Of a stretch of 47,297 bases of DNA, positions 1-47,297 are shown piece after piece. Under the pieces are notes generated by a model. It was not told where the DNA came from and did no database searches. It saw only the letters and a list, made by a program, of their open reading frames with translations. Source of the DNA: Octopus bimaculoides (lineage: Eukaryota); contig NC_068989.1 of the NCBI RefSeq assembly GCF_001194135.2, positions 75,682,025 to 75,729,321 on the forward strand. The letters are read 5' to 3'. Every line of letters begins with the position of its first letter. The stretch's first letter is position 1. The translations under genes were made by a program, and so were the position numbers.

Positions 1-116
1 ATATAAATATATATACATATATAAATATATATACATATATAAATATATATATATATATATGCATATATATATATATAAATATATATACATATATAAATAT
101 ATATATATATATATGC

Positions 117-155
<39 letters not shown>

Positions 156-447
156 TATATATAAATATATATATATACACACAAATATATACATATATAT
201 ACAGACATATATATATATATATATAAATATATATACATATATATATATAAATATATATATATGCATATATATATATATGTATATATATATACATATATAC
301 ATATTCATATACATATATATATATATAATATACATATATATATACCTATATATACATATTTATATACATACACATATATATATACATATAAACACACATA
401 CATATACACACACATATATAAACACACACATACACACACACAGAGAT

Positions 448-494
<47 letters not shown>
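1..494. repeat. Compound (AT)n/(CA)n microsatellite
   Basis: Direct reading. Confidence 0.95.
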
Positions 495-1400
495 CTAGCT
501 GACGTACCCGGTATTTCTCAGGAAAGAGGGGCTTATCCTTTGGTCCCGTTCTCATAGTTGTTTCGCTAATCCAATAACAACAATACAAAGTATGTAGCCC
601 TTAAAACGGTTTTGGTGCATTCAGAGAGAATACCGAACTGTCTTACACAGGATCTTGTTTTTAGGAATTATCAATAAGTTATGAATACCCAAATTGTGAA
701 GTCAGTTATTTAATAACATGAAATGAATTACCCCATAGTAAGAATTCAAATAAAGTAGCCCCGAAAATGACTTTAATACGTTTGCAGAGTATATAGAACT
801 TAGGAGGAAATACTAATAAGGTATGTGTACTAAACACGTGAAATATGTTACGTAATAACAGGCTAATCAAATATGAGATGATAATTGAAAGTAAATAACT
901 CTGAAAAGGGCTTTTGTGCGTTCCCAGAGAATATTCCCCTCAGCAGCACCAGTGTTGCTTTATTCATGAATAAGTCACTAACCGAAATAAGTGGGTCTAT
1001 TGTTTAGGAAATTACTATTTACTACTTTAAAGGTTGTACTGGATAAATTGCGAAATAACTCTAACAGTTCAAATACTAAGAAATAAGCATAATCAATTTG
1101 ATTTATACCATATGAATTAAGAAAACTGAATGGGTTATTTCCCTTTGCTGTTAAAATCTGGGCGAATGGGTTATTTCACATGACTGTTAAAATGAAATGT
1201 ATTAGATATATATAAGGATTTCTTCCAGGAAGCCTACTATCCAATTTTTCAATAATCTGAATATGCCATGCAGTTTCCAAACTCACGTGTCGAGTTTCAT
1301 CAAAATCGATAAAACGACGTAGGAAGAGTTAGCTAACAACTCCACAAACACACCCGCAAACAGAATTTCCCACATACGCAGTAAATATATTCATATACAC
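495..1400 (-). mobile_element. Non-autonomous Helitron-like element
   Basis: Minus-strand end CCTGAGAAATACCGGG-N8-CTAG|T (decayed GC hairpin plus CTAG). The far end has the AGTTTCATCAAAATCG...ACAAAC layout seen in non-autonomous Helitrons. 5' TC terminus not resolved. Confidence 0.5.
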
Positions 1401-1954
1401 ATATATATATATATATATATATNNNNNNNNNNNNNNNNNNNNNNNNNNNNNNNNNNNNNNNNNNNNNNNNNNNNNNNNNNNNNNNNNNNNNNNNNNNNNN
1501 NNNNNNNNNNNNNNNNNNNNNNATGCTGGAGCACTGCCTTTTAGTCGAGCAAATCGACCCCAGGACTTACTCGTTGTAAGCCTAATTCTTATTCTATCGG
1601 TCTCTTTTGCTGAACCGCTAGGCTACGGGGACGTAAATACACCGGCATCGGTTGTCAAGCGATGTTGGGAGGACATGTTTATGTTTATTTGTGTTCCTTT
1701 CTGTCTAAGAGCGTAGGCTCGAAACGTAAAAGACTTTCTTACTTCCCGAGCGTTAAACTAGTACACGTGTTTGTTGTTTACACACCCGTCCTCGTCTTTT
1801 ACCAATCGTCAATGTCCTCCTTCTGCATGACAATGCTCGACCACACACAAGCATCAGGACAAGGGAGACAATCACATACATATACACACACATACATATA
1901 TATATATATATACATACATAGAATTATATGTACATCTCAAGGCACACGCACGAC

Positions 1955-1966
1955 TATCTATCTATG

Positions 1967-2041
<75 letters not shown>

Positions 2042-2068
2042 GTATGTATGTATGTATGTATCTATCTA

Positions 2069-2165
<97 letters not shown>
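1955..2165. repeat. (TATC)n, (TATG)n and (TG)n microsatellites
   Basis: Direct reading. Confidence 0.95.
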
Positions 2166-2167
<2 letters not shown>

Positions 2168-2829
2168 ATGCATACACACACACTGAAAGCGTTCTTGAAG
2201 CACGTGACAAACGAGGACAACAGTAAAAAAAAAAACAAGTCAAAAATTGAAACAAAACAAAGAAACGAAAATAAAACATAAACAAAAATAATACATCTGC
2301 ACGTATTGTTAGATTAAATTATATCTTCAATTTGATGAAGGTTAAATGAAGTTAATCATTTTTTATCTAGCTGTTATTTTGTAGATGGCGTTAGTGATTG
2401 GAGGCAGAAAGTGAAAATAGAAAGTTAAAAAATATATTAAAAAAATAATATACATATAGAACAGAAATATACAAGAAGTCAAACATATTGAAAAAATTCC
2501 TGATATAATTGGCCTGCCTCGATTTTGGAATTGGTACTTTACATACTGGAGATGAAATGGTTATCGGCTGCAAATAGAAATCAATAATTATACAAATTTA
2601 TGATATGACATTGCAAGATATATCAGTTATAAAACAAATTTTAAAAGACCGGATGTAAATCGTGGACTATAATTTATTTATTTACGTTGTTGCTTTGCTT
2701 TATACAAGCTGTTCCAAGTCTCGACCAAGTAACAGCAAATTAGACATTTTACTGTGAGTGCTATTACTGTTAGCAATGACATATGGTGGTGTCTGATAAA
2801 TTTATAATATTTCAATTTTGATAAATTTT

Positions 2830-3050
2830 CTGATTATTATTATTATAAGTTGATTATTATTAATTAATATCATTATTATTCATTATTATTATTAATTAAT
2901 ATTATTATTATTCATTATTATTATTATTATCATTATTATTATTCATTATTATTATTATTATCATTATTATTATTCATTATTATTATTATTATTCATTATT
3001 CATTATTATTATTATTGTCATTATTATTATTATTATTATTATTTTTTTTT
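2830..3050. repeat. Degenerate (ATT)n
   Basis: Direct reading. Confidence 0.95.
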
Positions 3051-3661
3051 TTGGACATGTTTTACATGAACAACAAATTTTACGAAATTACAATTATAAA
3101 TCTAATTTAAAAAATCTATTACTTACCTAATTAATTACATGATATTCTCGAATAACATTGATATTTAAAAAAGATAAGTTTCTCAAGTAAAAGAGGGGCT
3201 GTCTTATATTTCCCTTATATATTAGTATTCTTATATTATTCTATGTAAAGTAAACCCTGCTGTATGCTATGGAAAATCAGTGGAGTCTAAATAATAACTT
3301 ACTTGAAAAGGAAGTTAAGGGTAGATGATAAAAAGAGCATCTGGTCATAAAATGTTTCCTCACTAAGTCTCCGTCCAACTTGTCCCAACGAGGAAAAACG
3401 GAAAACGAACGTAAAACAAATATACGAACAAGAGTTACTTTATATGCTATTCTATATAAGCTCCTCTATAAATAATTTCCCTTTATTCTCTTATTCTTTC
3501 TCTTGTGTTCGGTCGATTAAATCTAGTTCCAGTACTTATTGTAAGTCTGGTATTTATTTTAGTCGTTTTATTTCGCTGAACCGCTAGAAACAATTTTTGA
3601 GAACAAAAACAAACCATTATTTACATTTGGCGGATATTTGTCCCCATCTTGTTCGTTGTTA

Positions 3662-3705
3662 ACACAACGTTTCGGCTGATATACCCTCCAGCCTTCATCA
3701 GTTGT
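3662..3705 (-). ncRNA. Hammerhead ribozyme, loopless stem III (dimer-type) variant
   Basis: ACAA-CUGAUGA-A-GGCUG(10 nt loop)CAGCC-GAAAC-GUU-GUGU. Perfect 5-bp stem II and palindromic AACGUU. The innermost stem I pair is an A-G mismatch. Confidence 0.7.
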
Positions 3706-3772
3706 CTTGGAGAAATTTCGAACCTGGGTTCTCATTCCTAAGGTATTTTTCGATGTTATTATTATTATTATT

Positions 3773-3854
3773 CAGGTCACTGCCTGGAATCGAACTCGGA
3801 ATCTTGGGGTTAGTAGCTCGCGCTCTTAACCACTACGCCATATGCCCGTGGGCA
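3773..3854 (-). mobile_element. tRNA-derived SINE-like head (Pol III A and B boxes)
   Basis: A box TGGCGTAGTGG (3840-3830), B box GAGTTCGATTCC (3797-3786), followed by (AAT)n. Confidence 0.75.
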
Positions 3855-4655
3855 TACAGTGTAGTGGTTGTTAAGCGGTAACAAACAATACAAAGACACA
3901 TGCAGACAAACACACACACATGCATATGCATACGATAGGCTCGCATATAGTTTCTGTTCTAGCAAACTTACGTACAAGGGGTTACAGAAGGAGTCACTTG
4001 CCTAAGGTGGCATGCAGTGGGGCTCAACTTGAAACCACGTAGTTGCGAAGCGGACTTATAAATATATAGGAACTTGTATTTTAACAGAATATAGATAGAA
4101 ACATGTTTAGGTTGCAAGGATGACTGATTTATATCTTTACATTGCTTATTTTTGTAGGAATATTACAAAAACCTCACCACACTCATTTGGAAATGAGGGT
4201 CAGCCTATATTGAAAATCGTCTTATTTAAAGTTACTATGACATCCTCATTTTTGTGAGTGATAAGTTCTCTAAATTGATATTATAAAACACCTTTTAGCA
4301 AGCACAATGTATTGACAATTCATATTTAAATACACCTGAAATGTGTTAACGACAAGTCTGTTTTAGGGACAACGCTTATAGGGCTGGTTATTAAATCCGG
4401 GTGCGAAATATATAAGCCATGAGAAGGAAGATTTCGCTGTTGTAAGTAGCAGTTATACGTAATTAAAAAACTGAGGTAGCATTAACAGATTTAATGAAGC
4501 GATCTTTAAAATGCTAAAGCTAACAAGAAACACGTATTCGGTGACGGAAAGACAATGTTAGTCGGCGATTTATATTATTTCAACTGATTTGGTAAGCATG
4601 GGGGACAACTCCACGTATATTTCAGTTTTATTACACATCTTCAGTGATATATATA

Positions 4656-5508
4656 CGTGGTTTGATCAATAAGTATCCGGACTGTTTCCACAATAACGAA
4701 GCTAAAGCACGCAGAGTAAAGCCGCTTGGCACAGATTCACCTTAAACTCTGCTGTGCATGCACCTTAAGTTTTAACGTTCTAGCTCACTTCCGCTGTTTA
4801 CAGCAATGCTTAGAAGGAATGTGTGTAGCGTGTGATCGTCGCATTGACCATGACAGGGAAAGATGAGCAGAGAATCTGCATCAAATTTTACCAAAAGCTT
4901 GGTGATATCTGCTCAGTGGCCTTCGCAAAATTTTCAAAAATTTTCATCGTTCTTGACACAATTTAGGAGATCTTGTGCAACTTGACACAAACTTGGCAGA
5001 CATGCGTCTCATACCGAAATCTTCAGTGATAATGGACTGAGCTGAATCGTAACTAACCTGCACATCCTCTGATAACTCAAGGATGGTGATTCGACGACTT
5101 CTCCTCACAGCTGCACGCACATCTACGATGTTTTTCTCAGTTCTGCTGGTTGTGGGTCTCCCAGAACGTTCGTCAATATCGACATTTTTTCGGATATAAT
5201 TCGAAACGTCTGAGCCACTCATACACTTATGTCCAGCTCATACATTCCTCTCCATACACTTTCTGCAACTTTGCGCAGGCCTCTGAGCAGGTATCACCAT
5301 GACAACTTTCTCCGTCATGGTCAATGCGACGATTACGCGCTACACACCTTCCTCCTAAGCACTGCTGTTAACAGCAGAAGCTAGAACGTTAAAACTTAGT
5401 GCATATGCACAGCAGAGTTCAAGGTCAATCTGTGCCAAGCGGCGTCACTCTGCATGCTTTAGCTTCGTTACTATGGCAACAGTCTGAATACTTATTGATC
5501 AGACCTCG
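4656..5508. mobile_element. Mariner-derived element built from two convergent 5' ends
   Basis: TA-flanked TIRs CG(T/A)GGT(T/C)TGATCAATAAGTAT with ~250 bp inverted arms. Transposase N-terminus on both strands, including DERSGRPTTSRTEKN...ITILELSEDV...MRRMSAKFV on minus. Confidence 0.9.
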
Positions 5509-7089
5509 TATATATATATTAAATTCAAATTACGATGAACGTAAACAAACAAACGAAGTTTGCTTTTAGAAGCGTTGAGATGTCTTAGAAAGTTAAAGAA
5601 GTGATTTTAAATTCTCAAACGCAGGATAATGCTAATAATATAGCCTGAGCAGGATAAACTACCCCTATTTTGCAGAATATATATATATATATTTCACTGT
5701 ACCTTTCGCAGAAGTAGTTGTAAGGGAAGGACTGAGAACAATAGTTGATATAGAATATTTGAAATATCTTATTCAGAAGAATTACTCAGAGATTTAGGCG
5801 GTTTGCTAGCTTTCGATGTCAGGCTTAAATCCTTCGAAGACTCTGGAGAAGGCAACATCATATTGTACCAATATATAATCCCTGTTTTAAGTTCATACGT
5901 AAAGACAGGATCTTTAACAGTACATCTCAGTGTACTACAAGATGTCTCTAAAGCATTTTCACTAAATTATATGTAAATAAACTTTACAGATTTTTTTCCG
6001 TAGTCACATAAATACTGATTTATTTTGAAATGCGTTTCTTCCGTTTATCAAAAAGTACAGCCAGTCGTCATTTACTACCAAATATGGTTTGGTAATAAGT
6101 ACCATGCTTTTGCCGATTGTTTTAGAGACCTGTGTTATCGCGAGTAGATGTAGACACCCACTCGCCCCATCTTTGACCTAGCGAAACATCCAGGATAAGC
6201 AAATGAAGGTAAATATAGATAGCGAGATCGAACTGCATTAGCACTTGACCGGTAATCATTTACAGCTGAATAGCCTGGAGCAAAGTGAACAACGCGCCGA
6301 GCAGTCTAGGAATTGAACACGCTACCTTAGGAACCAGGAACAGAACACCCTAATCACCAGGCTACTCATCTTCACTTATATTTAAAAAGAAATTGTTATA
6401 AATTAAATTTTGTTCCAAAATTATTGATATCGTCTCTTGAATTAGTTGACTTTGATTCAACAAGGTAAACAATTAATTTGAAACTAACCGCTAACGACTA
6501 ACAGTATTTGAAAGTAAGTTCATGAGTTTCGAAAACGGATGTCAGAATGATTGTTTAAACTGACGATTAAAATGATTTGCGTCTCTTTTCGTCTAGGGAG
6601 ATAATGTTCGTTTCTTCCAATGAAATTTAACATACAATAATAAATGTTTCTAGAATCTATTAAATGCCAGAAGCCAGATATTAATTACTTATGGATTCAT
6701 AGAGTAAAACAGAAGAAACGTAATTCTTTCTATAGGGGCAATAGATCCTAATGTGTAACATTCATGGACTCACAGATGATCTAGTACCAATTCTCTATAG
6801 CTAAATAAAATGGAGCAGGCATCTAGAATTAAAGGTCTTGTCCATACACAGCACAAAATCACCATGGCAACAACAAACTCCGCAGTCGTGAGTTTACAAT
6901 TTCACGCAATGAAATGCATTCTCCTAAAATGAGTTCTCTTCAAGTAATCGATTCCAAGTTACGGACAGATCTGAGCTTTTTTGATTGAAATGAAAATATA
7001 TTCTAATTGAAATGAAAATATATTTTAAACATATGCGAACATAGGCATACATACACAACGCCATTTACATGACGACCGACTAGCTAGAA

Positions 7090-7470
7090 AAATGCAGTTA
7101 ACTCCCTTTCAAAGCACATCTAACATCTTAAATGTGGTAGATGTATTTTGGAATGTGGATAATGTGGTTCTGGATAAATTAGGCTTGAATAAAATACAGA
7201 ATGGTCATGACTGGAACATCTTTGGTTATAAATTTGTTTAGTCAGGGCCTGTCCTGGGGTTAAACAATAACTGTACGACGATGAAGGAGCCTCTATGTAG
7301 CCACCTGACCTTATAGAAATAACAGTCAAAAATCTCCCTCAAATAATTACCGTCTTAAATAAGGAAGATAATGTAGTCCTAGACATACCATTAAAAACGT
7401 AGTGGTCACGGCTGGAATGTGGTCACGGCTCGATCAGGAGCGTCCTAGATCTAAACAACAACAACAACAT
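7090..7470 (+). repeat. Two decayed copies of a SINE/LINE 3' end with (CAA)n tail
   Basis: Both copies share GGATAATGT(A/G)GT and TGGTCA(C/T)G(G/A)CTGGAA and end in (C/T)TAAACAA(C/T)AAC. Confidence 0.5.
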
Positions 7471-8759
7471 ATATATTTCAAATATATATATATGCATTAA
7501 ATCTAGTAGAATCAGAAGTCTAAATAAATATGTAAACGTATAGATTGAAGCACAATTCTGAAAATAACACCCATTAATCGCCTCCAGTTCACCATTTAAC
7601 CGCAATTAAGTTGTGCAAAATAGAAGCATTGAAATAATTATAAACAGAAATATGAATGAGATATTGCAAGTGAGAGGTGCCAACCATTTCAACATAACAA
7701 TTTATTAATTCTATAAAATGATACTGATTTCCTTCCATAAGCATTCGGAGTGGGCAGGGAGAGGGTCGTTTAGTTTTCTAGTCATAGTTTAGTTTTCTAC
7801 TCATATATGGTAAATAAGTTCCGATAGATTAAGTTCCATCAACACCAAGCAGTGTTCTCTGGAGCTAACCTAATCTATCGTAAATTATGATAGTATTTAC
7901 CATTTCAAAATATCAAATGTAATGACGACAGTCTTAAGTACTAATCTCCTTGTTTATCTCCCTTTCTTGGAGACGGACTGTTTGTTTTACTATAAATTTA
8001 CTTTAAACTTGCTATCTTTTATCATACACCCTCGGTCATTTACCTATTCATTGAGAATTTCAGGTTTGGCAGTGTCGCAGCATTTAAAATAAGAAAACCT
8101 TTCAACTGTGATCAAAAACCTTTTATCCAAAGAAGCTGTTTACCGATGATTAGATCCAGCTATCTTTCATTTCCTGGATCAAATATTTTGTTAACATATC
8201 ACTCCGTTAAAGTGTGTACAAAAACAAAATTTTCAACATAAAATTTTAAGTAAAATAATCATCTTGAAATATAATGATGTTAGAAAAGATAAAAAAATAA
8301 CAACTAAGGATTAGTTCTGAGAGTGGTAGCAAAAAAGAAAGTAAATTCTTGGTCTAATATATTTTTTGGTAGCATATTATGCTTTATGCTTAGCAAAACG
8401 TGAAGCAGAAAGAAATCCAAAAAGCATTAAGTGTTCAGAAACAAAGCATGAATGTGTATAGCAGATAGAGGTTAGCATGCTAATAAGAATCTTAAGGCAG
8501 AGGACAGACCGCAGTCCAAAGAAAGGATTTTGTTACAGAAAATATTGGGTACTTTGGTGAATTTCATGCAATATCATCTCAAGATTTTAATGTTTGTGGG
8601 TGTAGTTTACATAAGCCAAATAAGTAGAGATAACAGACTAATGCATCACACATTAGCACATACAGACTAGCACACCAATTCAAGCGATAAGAACAGAACA
8701 CCTTCCTAGTTTCTAAATTTATTCCACACATTTTGCACTAACATTATTGATTTGACTTA

Positions 8760-8990
8760 GGTTTGTTCTTATTCCTTGTAGGATTCATGTGGGTATCGGG
8801 TTATTGGCTGTAACCTTAGGTATCCCTAAACTTTCAATAATCTTTCAAGTGCTTAAAACCCTTCTGATAATTTTTCCTGTCCCTAAGAGGCAAACTTTCT
8901 GTAGAAGCTCTGCAGAACATTCTATTCCAATCTCCTTCAACCATTTATCAAGCATTAATTGCAAGAATCTGGACGATGGCACCCTAGAGG
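8760..8990 (-). mobile_element. R4/Dong-like non-LTR retrotransposon 3' fragment
   Basis: ...WLKEIGIECSAELLQKVCLLGTGKIIRRVLST*, homologous to the C-terminus of the 17.5-19.0 kb element. Confidence 0.8.
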
Positions 8991-10133
8991 GGCTCTGTGC
9001 CCTCACAAAACGGAGATAAACGTTAAAGAAAGATTTCACTCAGTATACGTTGTACACTCAGTATATATTATGTCATTTGTTTATTTACCATACATTTTTT
9101 CATTTATTAAGTAACGGAACGCAACACACACAATTGTACACACATATGTTGGGATTCCACACAGTTTCCGTCTATCAAGACAAATTCATTCGAAAGACGT
9201 TGGTTGGATCGGGACTATAGTAGAAGACACTTACCCAGGGTGACGAGCAGTGGGACTGAACACAGAACAATGTGGCTGCAAGACGAACTTTTTAACCACA
9301 GTCATGTCAGCAAAACATCATTGTCGGGTTTAAATTGGATACTGCATCTGAAGGGGCAGACAGCTATACCTGGGGACAACAGTCCATTGCTAAAGATCGA
9401 GGCAGATGGAGATCTCTTGTTGGCGCCTTATACTCCACATAGAAGTCAAAGGAATTAATGAAGTAATGAATTAATTATTAGTTCTGGCAAATTTCTTTAG
9501 CTAGTAACTCATTTTCCTTCCTGTCGTTATCTAAGTGAAAAATATTATTGCACAAATGAATTTCCACTTATATAAAATTAGTAAAAGCTGAAAACGTGTT
9601 TTTAATTTAATAGCAAGCAGACTTAAATTGGTTATTTTAGTTTTTTTTATGGTATTTTGATTTATTTCGTATTAAAATTAGTAAATTTCTTTGATTAGTC
9701 ATCCAAATTTTATCCCACATATCTATATCTTTACTACTTAAATTTATCTCTATATGAAATTACTGAAAGCAGTAATCATATAAATAATTTAATAGCAAAC
9801 TGGCTTCAATTTTTTCTTTTAGTTTTGAAAACCCATTTATGCATTGTCTCGTACAGGGTACGACCTCCAAAACCACTCCCAGATACGCTTTTCTCGATAA
9901 ACGTTTCAACAGCAAATGCACGATAGTTCAGACTAAGACGGTAGCTTAGATACAAACGATAACACATTAGCTACATAATAATACCATTACCATCCGCCTA
10001 ACTTTACACGCAGCACATCGACGACCGTGTAACATATGGATGGTCTTTCAACCGCAACGTGTATTATTGTACTATCAAACGTCTTTCTCCCTCACCGTTG
10101 TCTTTATTTGAGTGGTAAGTAATACAGCTTACA

Positions 10134-10139
10134 TTTATT
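10134..10139 (-). promoter_or_regulatory. Candidate polyadenylation signal AATAAA
   Basis: First AATAAA about 200 nt after the stop. The hexamer is common in AT-rich DNA. Confidence 0.25.
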
Positions 10140-10338
10140 TTTAGTGATATGAAATTAGTGAAAACAACAAACGCATCTTGAAATTATTACCTAGCAGACT
10201 TCAATTGCTTGTTTTAGTTTTTAATGCTATTTTTGGATTTATCTTATATTAGTATTGTCAAGCTCTTTCATTAGTGACTCATTTTCCTTCCTAGCTCTCC
10301 TTACCTGAGACATATGCTGAATTTGTGAAAGCTTTCAG

Positions 10339-46920
<36,582 letters not shown>

Positions 46921-47297
46921 CTGAAAGAAGAAAGTAAAGTATTGATTTCTTGAGTTTCTATACTTAAACTCGACATTGATAGCAGTTATTATTTCATACA
47001 CATATATATATATATTTCATTATACAATATACATCAATATATATCAATATACATATGTAATGACGTTTATTGTGGGTGCTGGAATGAGTATGTCGAATGG
47101 CTTTGTTGGAGACCAACCTTCCGAGTTCTTTTACAGAGCTTAGAAAAACTGATGGTCTGCTGCAATAAATTTGTGAATCTGAAAGGGGAATACATTGAAC
47201 AAAATCATAATTAACTGATCCTCCAGTATTTTCTTTTATTCAACGCCAGGAGGTTTTCAGCACCCCCCCCCGTAGGTATATATATATATATATATAT

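Noticed and set aside
133-2285. ORFs rich in YI, CV, HT and YLSI
   Set aside because: These are translations of microsatellites.
2385-2600. Possible plus-strand exon after ttttgtag
   Set aside because: The frames I translated hit early stops, and there is no partner exon or recognisable motif.
47050-47178. Good acceptor (cccctttcag) upstream of the Sushi exon
   Set aside because: The strongest donor (AAG|gttggt) gives an incompatible phase. The compatible one (T|gtaaaa, 44 nt) gives an unrecognisable peptide. Left unresolved.

Overview
This is AT-rich, repeat-dense animal DNA with 11 assembly gaps. The SINE and microsatellite landscape resembles an octopus genome, which is an inference from repeat style rather than a database match. 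None of the long ORFs in the supplied track is a host gene: they are microsatellite, N-gap or transposon products. Reading splice sites by hand gives one minus-strand gene with 16 phase-compatible coding exons (46920 down to a stop at 10339), about 800 aa, with the 5' end outside the window or unresolved. It encodes a type I membrane protein: six-Cys Sushi/CCP, a ~145 aa unnamed domain, 8 GCC2_GCC3 (ephrin-receptor-like Cys-rich) modules each on its own phase 1-1 exon, 2 EGF, a TM helix, and a 47 aa tail with YxxPhi and NxxY-like motifs. This resembles the C-terminal half of Drosophila Uninflatable and SVEP1-like proteins. Introns and the downstream flank carry mariner/Tc1 remnants and MITEs, R4/Dong-like LINE fragments, Helitron and Penelope remnants, several tRNA-derived SINE families and many foldback hairpins. 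Best second-look items: (1) a complete minimal type I hammerhead ribozyme in sense orientation in the last intron; (2) a tRNA-headed (Pol III A/B box) element ending in a dimer-type hammerhead; (3) one module exon whose expected GT donor reads AT; (4) the A/B two-exon duplication pattern of the Cys-rich array; (5) a stop codon followed in frame by another NxxY-like motif and a splice donor.
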